Below the pieces are notes generated by a model, which had not been told where the DNA came from, made no database searches, and saw only the letters and a program-made list of their open reading frames with translations. Of a DNA stretch of 64,000 nucleotides, positions 28,385-36,516 are shown piece after piece. Origin of the DNA: Alphaproteobacteria bacterium (GTDB lineage Bacteria > Pseudomonadota > Alphaproteobacteria > WRAU01 > Hepatincolaceae); contig CANHGT010000001.1 in NCBI GenBank assembly GCA_947460385.1, forward strand, positions 176 to 64,175, written 5' to 3'. Position 1 is the first letter of the stretch. Every line of letters begins with the position of its first letter. The translations under genes and the position numbers were made by a program.

Positions 28385-29116
28385 ATGAATATTTTATTAT
28401 GTAGTAATGGCAAACTAACAAAAGAAGATAACTTGTTAAACTATGCTTTAGATTACCTTGAACAGCAAATTAAAGATTCTAATATTAAATCTTATACTTT
28501 AATACCGTATGCTATTATTCGTAGCCCATATGAACAAAGAGTAATAGATTTAGAAAAAACACTAAAACACTTAGGAATTAAAGTACATAATATATGTGAT
28601 GCTATTGATCCTGTGAAAGCGATTGATAATGCAGAAGGCATTGCAGTAAGTGGTGGCAACACGTGGTTTTTAAATTACTCACTGCATATTAATAATTTAA
28701 TTGGAGCGATACGTAAAGCAGTATTAAAAGATAATAAACCTTATGTAGGTTGGTCGGCAGGAACAAATGTTGCTACCCCAACAATTTTAACTACTAATGA
28801 TATGCCTATTATTTCAACTTTAATTGCCCCATCTTTAAATCTTGTTCCTTTTCAAATTAACCCACACTATATAGATGCTAGCATAGACGGGCATATGGGC
28901 GAAACAAGAGATGAACGTATTGAAGAGTTTCTTGTGAAAAACCAGCATCAGTACGTGGTTGGCTTAAGAGAAGGTAGTTTACTAAACATCAAGAATAATA
29001 ATATTCAATATTTTAGTGCTAAAAATCATAAGATAAAAATTTTTGAACATAATAAAGATTCTGTTGAGTACGATAATACTAAAGATTTAAGTTTTTTGTA
29101 TAATAGAAGCTTATAG
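28385..29116 (+). CDS. pepE: Dipeptidase E (peptidase S51)
   Basis: S51 motifs VSGGNTWFL and GWSAGTNV. 243 aa. Confidence 0.75.
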   Translation: MNILLCSNGKLTKEDNLLNYALDYLEQQIKDSNIKSYTLIPYAIIRSPYEQRVIDLEKTLKHLGIKVHNICDAIDPVKAIDNAEGIAVSGGNTWFLNYSLHINNLIGAIRKAVLKDNKPYVGWSAGTNVATPTILTTNDMPIISTLIAPSLNLVPFQINPHYIDASIDGHMGETRDERIEEFLVKNQHQYVVGLREGSLLNIKNNNIQYFSAKNHKIKIFEHNKDSVEYDNTKDLSFLYNRSL

Positions 29117-29139
29117 TTATATTATTTCACAAAAAGAAG

Positions 29140-29172
29140 ACCTCATGTAGTATCAATGAAACTACATGAGGT
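29140..29172. terminator. Hairpin between convergent pepE and chpT
   Basis: Perfect 12-bp inverted repeat ACCTCATGTAGT (29140-29151) / ACTACATGAGGT (29161-29172) with a 9-nt loop. Confidence 0.55.
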
Positions 29173-29210
29173 ATATATTGTTTACGTTATATATTAATAA
29201 TTAGATATAC

Positions 29211-29870
29211 TTATATAATCTTTAATTTAAAAGCTATTTGTATCTCTTCCTGCATGTTATCACGAACTTGTAAATCTGCATCTATTTCATTGGCTAAAAC
29301 TGCTGTGAAATAGCTCTGCACATTACGAGGAGTAATATCTTTCTCTTTAACTTCAAAACGTAAAGCTTGAATATTATCTATTCCTAATTTAATTCCTGCA
29401 CCTTTTACCGAAAGGGCAAACCCTATGGTAGTGTCATCTATATCCTTACAGTACATAGAGACTGTGGCAGACTTACCTACTGCATAAAAAATAATAAGAA
29501 ATAGATTCAATAATAACTTCATATTTTCATTACTAGCTACTTTTAAAAGGTTGTCATCTATATCTTTATTCCAGTCCATTTTTACATCTTTTTCTTGGAA
29601 TAAATTTACAATTAATTCTCTAGCTTTCTTTAATGCACTATGCTCACTACCAACACTCGCAGCCCCTAATGCAATACGAAAATAAGTGAGACGATTAATT
29701 AAATTGTTCACACTCGTATTAGCTATGTCAAAGGCTTCTTTAGCACTTTGATCTTTTTCTTCCTTAATAATACTTATAGAGAAATTTAAGCTATTAACTG
29801 GGCTTATAATATCATGGCATAATCTAGAGCTTAAAAGTTTCAACAAGTCAAATTCTACTTTCACAAACAA
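29211..29870 (-). CDS. chpT: Histidine phosphotransferase ChpT
   Basis: LSSRLCHDIISPVNSL and YFRIALGAAS match the Caulobacter ChpT segments LAARLCHDFISPASAI and FTRVAFGAS as I recall them. 219 aa. Confidence 0.8.
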   Translation of the reverse strand: MFVKVEFDLLKLLSSRLCHDIISPVNSLNFSISIIKEEKDQSAKEAFDIANTSVNNLINRLTYFRIALGAASVGSEHSALKKARELIVNLFQEKDVKMDWNKDIDDNLLKVASNENMKLLLNLFLIIFYAVGKSATVSMYCKDIDDTTIGFALSVKGAGIKLGIDNIQALRFEVKEKDITPRNVQSYFTAVLANEIDADLQVRDNMQEEIQIAFKLKII

Positions 29871-29954
29871 CCCTCTTTAGGTACTATTTATTTACTATCT
29901 TCTAAAACTATTATAGCATATAATATATAAATTATAAATAGGTAAAGACATAAA

Positions 29955-30719
29955 ATGAAAATAGCCTTTATAGCATCTAGATCAGAAAAATCGCAACAAT
30001 TATTTGCAACACTATCAAAAAGGTATAGTTCTTACCCGCTTGAAGAAGCAGATATTTTAGTAGCTTTAGGTGGAGATGGCTTTCTTCTTCATGTTTTACA
30101 CCGTTATATGAATTTTAAACAGCCTATTTATGGTATTAACTGTGGTCATTTAGGATTCTTATTAAATAATATTGATATTACACAAGATATCTATCAGCAT
30201 TTAAATAATACAACTCAGGTAGAGATTGTGCCTTTGTTGGGAAGTTTTACTAATACTAACCAACAATCCTTTTCATATTTTGCTTTTAATGAAATTTCAA
30301 TAATGAGATCTGAACCTGTTGCTGCTAATTTACAAATTAAACTAAACAACAAAGTTATTATTGAGCGTCTTGTGTCAGATGGCATATTAGTATCAACACC
30401 AACAGGTAGTACTGCATATAATAGGGCTTGTGGTGGGCCATTAATTCCTGCCAATGCTAATTTGTTGGCTATTACCCCTATTAATTCATTTAACCCTTTA
30501 TCTTGGCATGGTACTACAATTAATAATAAGAGTATTGTTGAAATCATGAACCTAGAAACTAAAAATCGTAAAGTAAAGATAGCCTTTGATTTTAAAGAAC
30601 ACCATGATATTGTAAGCGCTAAAATAATTCTATCTAGTGATTATAAAAGAACTCTATTATTTGATAAAAATAATGATTTAGAAAGTAAAATTTTAAATGC
30701 ACAATTTCATCAGTTTTAA
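29955..30719 (+). CDS. nadK: NAD kinase
   Basis: GGDGFLLH motif and STPTGSTAYNRACGGP motif. 254 aa. Confidence 0.9.
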   Translation: MKIAFIASRSEKSQQLFATLSKRYSSYPLEEADILVALGGDGFLLHVLHRYMNFKQPIYGINCGHLGFLLNNIDITQDIYQHLNNTTQVEIVPLLGSFTNTNQQSFSYFAFNEISIMRSEPVAANLQIKLNNKVIIERLVSDGILVSTPTGSTAYNRACGGPLIPANANLLAITPINSFNPLSWHGTTINNKSIVEIMNLETKNRKVKIAFDFKEHHDIVSAKIILSSDYKRTLLFDKNNDLESKILNAQFHQF

Positions 30720-30722
30720 GAG

Positions 30723-31826
30723 ATGTCAATTATGAATAAAATTCAAATTTATTTATTTAAAAAAACAATTGTACCCATAATTTTAATAATAGTATCTATT
30801 ACCCTATTGTTAATTTTACTAAATTCATTAACATTCATTGATTTAGTACTGAATAGAGGATTTTCTGTAACAATACTATTAAAAAGAATTGCATTAAATT
30901 TACCTACTACTTGGATTCAAATTGTGCCATTTGCACTTTTATTTGGCTGGATTTTTGCTTTAAACAATCTTAATCATACTAGCGAAATGTATATTATAAA
31001 AGCTACAGGTTTTTCGCCTTGGAATATATCTAAGGTATTAATTTATCTAGGCTTATTTGTTTCTATTTTAACTGCATTGTTTGTTTCATATATTGTGCCT
31101 ATAGCCACTTTAGAATCTTTAAAAGTACGTCAGATTATTACCTCTAGCTATAATATTCAGCTTATTAAACCAGGGCAATTTGTTCCCCTAAACCGAGATA
31201 CAACATTTTATGTACAACGCATTAGTGGTAACACCTTGCAGAATATTATGATTTCACAAGATAGCTTATATCAGAAAATGATTGTGTTTGCCGAAAAAGG
31301 TTATATAGATATACAAAATAATCAAGTAGTAATATTATTAGACAAGGTAAATATTAAGGAAAATAATAATTTAGTGTATCTTGACAAATACATATTTTCT
31401 TTTAATAACGAACAGAAGAAAAATATCAAAATAGAAACCAACGCCAAAAGAACATTGTTCTTACATACACTTATTAATTACAAGAATTTACCAGAGTTTC
31501 AAAGCCTTGCCAACAATTCAGCAGAAAAAATTAAGGAGGAAAAAAACTTCATTAAAGAAATTAATACAAGATTAAATAATATTTTCTTTCCATTAATAAT
31601 TAGTTTAATTGTCTCTTATTGCTTTACCAACGCATCTTTTAAAAGAGCTGGTAATATTGCCCCAATTATCCAAAGCATTGCCTACGCTGTTACATGGGAA
31701 ATTTTTACTATATTTATCATTAATCTTAATATTCCCTTTGCTATTATAAGTCTATGCACTATTAATTTGCTAGCTATTATAATTTTATTTTTAAGAATTA
31801 TTAGATACACCCCATTAGATAAATAA
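30723..31826 (+). CDS. LPS export ABC permease, LptF/LptG (YjgP/YjgQ) family
   Basis: 367-aa protein with the typical topology: three N-terminal TM helices, a periplasmic beta-jellyroll-sized insert and three C-terminal TM helices. The N-terminus resembles the YjgP/YjgQ family. Confidence 0.7.
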   Translation: MSIMNKIQIYLFKKTIVPIILIIVSITLLLILLNSLTFIDLVLNRGFSVTILLKRIALNLPTTWIQIVPFALLFGWIFALNNLNHTSEMYIIKATGFSPWNISKVLIYLGLFVSILTALFVSYIVPIATLESLKVRQIITSSYNIQLIKPGQFVPLNRDTTFYVQRISGNTLQNIMISQDSLYQKMIVFAEKGYIDIQNNQVVILLDKVNIKENNNLVYLDKYIFSFNNEQKKNIKIETNAKRTLFLHTLINYKNLPEFQSLANNSAEKIKEEKNFIKEINTRLNNIFFPLIISLIVSYCFTNASFKRAGNIAPIIQSIAYAVTWEIFTIFIINLNIPFAIISLCTINLLAIIILFLRIIRYTPLDK

Positions 31827-31834
31827 TTTATAGG

Positions 31835-32635
31835 TTAATCGGTATTAAAATTTTGAATCCAACTCGGCAAGATACAAATAAGTTCTGAACCATTGCACAC
31901 TAAATTATCTTGATGATGCTTCATTAAAATAAAAGCTAGAACATAGTCTTGCTCTCTACCTAAAATATAACCAACTTCTACATCTTTACTGTATATGGTG
32001 TTTAGCTTGTGTAAGGGATTTACATCTTTTATAATTTTTAGTGGAACAATACGGTGGCGAATACTCATACGATGCTTGCTAGAATTAGTAAACTCTTGTC
32101 CTAAATAACAACCTTTGTTAAAAGATAAAGCTCCTAGCTCCTCCATACCGCATTGCAAAGGAATAGATTTGGCTACTATCAGTTCTTCACTTTCAGGAAT
32201 AGCCATTTTATAACGTAAATAATTATATTCTGTAATATTACTATTCTTTACCCCTAAAGATGGTACAATGCACCGAATAAAATCTAATAATCTATCAGAA
32301 TATGCACATAAATAACCTTCAGGAAGCATGCTATTTGATGCCACAACTACTACCGATAAATTTTCTAAATGCTCTAAATTAACTTTCGCAATTAATTTAT
32401 ACATTTTTAAAGTTTGAAGAAAACGTTGCACTTCATGATTATTAATATCAATTAAAAAATAATCATCTATTTTAGAAATAAAGAAATCGTAATCGTATTT
32501 GCCTTTATTGTTTAATAAACAACTATACAATGTCTGTTTATTAACATCTAAATCTACAGTAATTAGTTTTTGTAAAAAATTATAGGCATCTGCCCCTGTT
32601 ACTTTAATAATTGCACGGTTTAATTGATATAACAT
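31835..32635 (-). CDS. ygfZ: Folate-binding YgfZ/CAF17-family protein (aminomethyltransferase-like)
   Basis: N-terminus RAIIKVTGADAYNFLQKLITVDL and the later KGCYLGQE motif are typical of YgfZ. Confidence 0.75.
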   Translation of the reverse strand: MLYQLNRAIIKVTGADAYNFLQKLITVDLDVNKQTLYSCLLNNKGKYDYDFFISKIDDYFLIDINNHEVQRFLQTLKMYKLIAKVNLEHLENLSVVVVASNSMLPEGYLCAYSDRLLDFIRCIVPSLGVKNSNITEYNYLRYKMAIPESEELIVAKSIPLQCGMEELGALSFNKGCYLGQEFTNSSKHRMSIRHRIVPLKIIKDVNPLHKLNTIYSKDVEVGYILGREQDYVLAFILMKHHQDNLVCNGSELICILPSWIQNFNTD

Positions 32636-32740
32636 CTTATTTTTCCTAAGTAATCATTAATATATTTGGCAATACATTGTTAAGAATTATCATTATGGCT
32701 TTATGCTACACAAATTATTAAATAGAAAAGTTAAATGATA

Positions 32741-33895
32741 CTAATTGATGATTTGTCCATTCTCTATAACATTCATCATTTTAAAATTCTCATCAAACAC
32801 CACTAAATTAGCTATAAACCCTTTACTAATTAAACCTAAATCATTTTGTAATGACATAACCCTTGCTGGATATAAAGAAGCCATTCTTAAGCTTTCAGCT
32901 AAAGATATACCTACATGTTGCACGCAATTTTTTACCGAAGACATCATATCTATGTGGCTACCTGCAAGGGTTCCATCTTTATTTACACACTTGCCATGTT
33001 CTACCATAATTTCTTGATTTGCAAAAGTAAATGAACTCATATCAGTACCCATAGGAGTTACTGCATCAGTTACAATATAAAGTTTTTCTTGCTTAATTTT
33101 CTTAACTAAGGCAATTGAATTATAATTTACATGGTAACCATCAACAATAATTCCACAAGGGATATCGCTATTTAGCAAAGCTCCCACAACACCAGGGTTT
33201 CTACCCTCAAAGCCCGACATAGCATTAAACAAATGAGTTCCTAAACTTATTCCATGCTCTATAGCTTGTTGTGCCTGTGCGTGGGTAGCATTACTATGCC
33301 CAAGTGAAACAATAACGCCATTTTGTGCTAATTTATGAATTAAAGATAAATCATTAGTTTCAGGAGCCATAGTAATTTTAATTGGCACCTCAATGGCTTT
33401 TTCAATTAAAAAATCTACCATTGCTAAATCAATAGGCTTAATGAACTTAGCATTATGAATACCTTTTTTTACGCTAGAAATATAAGGTCCTTCAATATGT
33501 ATGCCCAGTATTTTCTTATATTGTTGCTCTTTGTAAAGTTTGGCAACTAAATTAACTGCTTCTTTAATTTCTTCAGGCGTTGTTGTAATTAAAGTGGGCA
33601 AAAAACTAGTACAACCAAACTTTAAATTAGTTTTGTGCATAATTTCTAAGGTATTAATAGAGATGTCATCGTTTAACAAGACACCACCACAGCCATTAAT
33701 ATGTAAGTCTATAAAACTAGGGGCAATAACATGATTTTTCATATCGTGAATTGGCAAATTTTTATAGCGTTCTAAAATTATATTTTTAAAATCAATATCA
33801 ACTATTTTACCATTTTCAACAACTATTGCATGGTCGTATAAAAAATTATATCCGTTAAAGATTTTTTTACTAAATAATATATAATTATTAGACAT
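32741..33895 (-). CDS. nagA: N-acetylglucosamine-6-phosphate deacetylase
   Basis: Amidohydrolase motifs FIDLHINGCGG, HIEGPYIS, LGHSNA, HLFNAM and VTDA. Adjacent to nagB. Confidence 0.9.
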   Translation of the reverse strand: MSNNYILFSKKIFNGYNFLYDHAIVVENGKIVDIDFKNIILERYKNLPIHDMKNHVIAPSFIDLHINGCGGVLLNDDISINTLEIMHKTNLKFGCTSFLPTLITTTPEEIKEAVNLVAKLYKEQQYKKILGIHIEGPYISSVKKGIHNAKFIKPIDLAMVDFLIEKAIEVPIKITMAPETNDLSLIHKLAQNGVIVSLGHSNATHAQAQQAIEHGISLGTHLFNAMSGFEGRNPGVVGALLNSDIPCGIIVDGYHVNYNSIALVKKIKQEKLYIVTDAVTPMGTDMSSFTFANQEIMVEHGKCVNKDGTLAGSHIDMMSSVKNCVQHVGISLAESLRMASLYPARVMSLQNDLGLISKGFIANLVVFDENFKMMNVIENGQIIN

Positions 33896-33900
33896 ATGGG

Positions 33901-34713
33901 TTACTCCGTATTTTTAACTATTTCTTCTATATACGAAAATTCGTCCTGCAAAGAACTAAAATATTTATATGTTTTTACTTTAAGTTCAATGGTAGCTGAT
34001 TCATCAGCCACAATAATAGCTTTTTTATGAAATTGTAAAGCAGAAATAGGGCAACTATGAGATACTGCCCCTTCTAAACATTGTTGTAAAGCATGTGCTT
34101 TTTTTACTCCTTGAACTAAAATCATGACTTCTTTAGATTCAAGCAAAGTTTCAATTCCAACAGTTATAGCACTTTTTGGCACTAAGTTGATATTTCCACC
34201 AAAAAATCTGGCATTTGCATTCATTGTATCAAAATCTAGCTCTTTATCTCTTGTTTGAGAAGATAAAGAAGAATATGGTTCATTAAAAGCAATATGACCG
34301 TTTTCACCAACACCCCCAACAAATAAATCAATGCCCCCATTTTGTTTAATGCGTTCTTCGTATTCCACACAAAATTGCTTAATATCTACTGCCATTCCAT
34401 CGGGAATATTGATATTTTCTTTTTTAATATCAATGGAATTAAATAAATTTTTATGCATAAAACTATAATAACTTTGTTCATGATTTTTATCTAAACCAAT
34501 ATATTCGTCCATATTAAATGTAACTACATTTTGAAAAGATAATTGTTTTTTATTGTACATATCAATTAAAAATTCATACATTTTTACAGGAGTGCTACCC
34601 GTTGGCAATCCTAAAACAAAGTTTTTTTTAATATGATAGTTGTGAGTTTTGATTTTATTACAGATATAATTAGCTGCCCATAAACCGGGATTTTGTGAAA
34701 TGATTAATCGCAT
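33901..34713 (-). CDS. nagB: Glucosamine-6-phosphate deaminase
   Basis: LGLPTGSTP, FNMDEYIGL and GVGENGHIAFNEP motifs. 270 aa. Confidence 0.95.
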   Translation of the reverse strand: MRLIISQNPGLWAANYICNKIKTHNYHIKKNFVLGLPTGSTPVKMYEFLIDMYNKKQLSFQNVVTFNMDEYIGLDKNHEQSYYSFMHKNLFNSIDIKKENINIPDGMAVDIKQFCVEYEERIKQNGGIDLFVGGVGENGHIAFNEPYSSLSSQTRDKELDFDTMNANARFFGGNINLVPKSAITVGIETLLESKEVMILVQGVKKAHALQQCLEGAVSHSCPISALQFHKKAIIVADESATIELKVKTYKYFSSLQDEFSYIEEIVKNTE

Positions 34714-34846
34714 GTATTACTCCTTACAATGTTATATATCTAAATTCATATGTTTTGAAATATACTAAAGAAAATTAAGTTTAGTTCAACGCTAAGAAAA
34801 AATAAGATAATACTGTATTTTTATACATCAGCATTGCTATAAATAA

Positions 34847-34992
34847 AAATATGGAGTAAATACAACTAAATTTATATTTTTTCAAAGAGTTATCTGCAGT
34901 ACAGATTGTAGTTAAATTCTACATAAAACTGCAAAGATACACATAGTAAAATATAGGTTTTTAGTTATATTAAATATATTTACTCCATATTT
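34847..34992. repeat. 146-bp segment bounded by a perfect 16-bp inverted repeat, in the nagE-nagB spacer
   Basis: AAATATGGAGTAAATA (34847-34862) and its exact reverse complement TATTTACTCCATATTT (34977-34992), separated by 114 nt. Confidence 0.7.
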
Positions 34993-34999
34993 CAAGTTT

Positions 35000-36439
35000 T
35001 TATTTACTTTGGAAAACTTTTTTTATTTTATCTGCTAATGCCTCTACCTGCATTCCAATAATAATTTGCACATTTCCCTCAATATTATTAATAACTCCTT
35101 TAGCACCTAATTTTTTCAGTGTTTCTACATCTATTTTAGAATTATCAACAATAGATACTCTTAGCCTAGTAGTACAATGGCCAATATGCACAATGTTTTC
35201 TGAACCACCCATAGCTGATAAATACAACAAAGCTTCTTCGTTGTCTTTATCTGCAACATTTTTTATTGGTTCATTGCTTGCTAATTTGTTAGCTACAGTT
35301 GTTGTATCTAAAACATTAGAACTGTCATCTTCTCTGCCTGGTGTTTTAATGTTCCAAATTTTAATAGCAAAATAGAAAATTACAAAATATACTACAGCAA
35401 AAATCAATCCAATAGGAAATAATAATAAAGGATTAGTACCCAATTTGCCACTAATTAAGTAATCGAACAAGCCTGCTGAAAATGTAAAACCTAATTTGAC
35501 ATCAAAGATATTCATAACAACTAAAGAAATACCTGTTAAAATAGCATGTACTACATACAATGGAAAAGCTAAAAACATAAAACTAAATTCTAGTGGCTCT
35601 GTAACCCCTGTTAAAAAAGCTGTTAATGCGGCAGAACCTAATATGCCCATCATCATTCCTCGCTTCTCTTTTTTAGCCGTAACAATCATTGCCATGGTTG
35701 CAGCCGGTAAGCCAAACATCATAATTGGGAAAAAGCCTGCCATAAAAGAACCTGCTGTTTTATCTCCCGCAAAAAAACGCCACAAATCGCCATGTTTAAT
35801 AACTGTTACACCGTTTTCTACCACAGAATAATCGCCAAAAGTAAACCATACTAAAGAATTTAAAATATGATGTAACCCTAAAGGTATTAACAATCTATTG
35901 GCAACCCCATAAATAAATAAACCTATGTTGTCAGAATGAATAATAAAATCACCTAAGCCTTTTACTAATAAATCAATTGGAGGCCATATTATAGAAAAAA
36001 TAAAAGCAAATAAAAGAGATATTAAGCCCGTTACAATAGGAATAAATCTTCTACCACCAAAAAAGGCTATATAAACAGGCAAAGAAATGTTTTTATATTT
36101 ATTGTACAGTCCTCCTGCCAATGCACCAATAATTATTCCAGAAAATACTCCCATATTAGCACCTGGTAACAATACTAATAAAGATGCCATAAAAATAGAA
36201 TGACCAATAAAAGCAGCTAAACCTGCAGAACCATGATTATCTTCAGCAAAACCAATTGCTACGCCTAAGGCAAAAATAATTGGTAAATTAGAAAACACTG
36301 CATTACCTGCGGCAGAGATAAATGCCACATTTAATAAGTCGGGCTGACCTATTCTTAATAAAATACCCGCAATTGGTAAAACTGCAATAGGTAGCATTAA
36401 AGCTTTACCTAAATTTATAAAAAAATTACCGACCTTCAT
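35000..36439 (-). CDS. nagE: PTS EIICB component, glucose/GlcNAc family (N-acetylglucosamine specificity inferred from context)
   Basis: Polytopic EIIC domain followed by an EIIB domain with active-site CTTRLRV (NIVHIGHCTTRLRVSIVD). No EIIA domain. Flanked by nagB/nagA and an EIIA-HPr-EI gene. Confidence 0.85.
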   Translation of the reverse strand: MKVGNFFINLGKALMLPIAVLPIAGILLRIGQPDLLNVAFISAAGNAVFSNLPIIFALGVAIGFAEDNHGSAGLAAFIGHSIFMASLLVLLPGANMGVFSGIIIGALAGGLYNKYKNISLPVYIAFFGGRRFIPIVTGLISLLFAFIFSIIWPPIDLLVKGLGDFIIHSDNIGLFIYGVANRLLIPLGLHHILNSLVWFTFGDYSVVENGVTVIKHGDLWRFFAGDKTAGSFMAGFFPIMMFGLPAATMAMIVTAKKEKRGMMMGILGSAALTAFLTGVTEPLEFSFMFLAFPLYVVHAILTGISLVVMNIFDVKLGFTFSAGLFDYLISGKLGTNPLLLFPIGLIFAVVYFVIFYFAIKIWNIKTPGREDDSSNVLDTTTVANKLASNEPIKNVADKDNEEALLYLSAMGGSENIVHIGHCTTRLRVSIVDNSKIDVETLKKLGAKGVINNIEGNVQIIIGMQVEALADKIKKVFQSK

Positions 36440-36516
36440 AATTTTATACTCCCCTTTTGTTACAAAACTTAAATTAACAGTTAATTAAATAATAAATTTC
36501 ACATGATATGATTTTA

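Noticed and set aside
36440-36516. Palindrome AATTAACAGTTAATT between the PTS fusion gene and nagE, as a terminator or operator
   Set aside because: It is purely A/T, has a 7-bp stem with a 1-nt loop, and sits in a 77-nt spacer inside an apparent operon. It is too weak to call.
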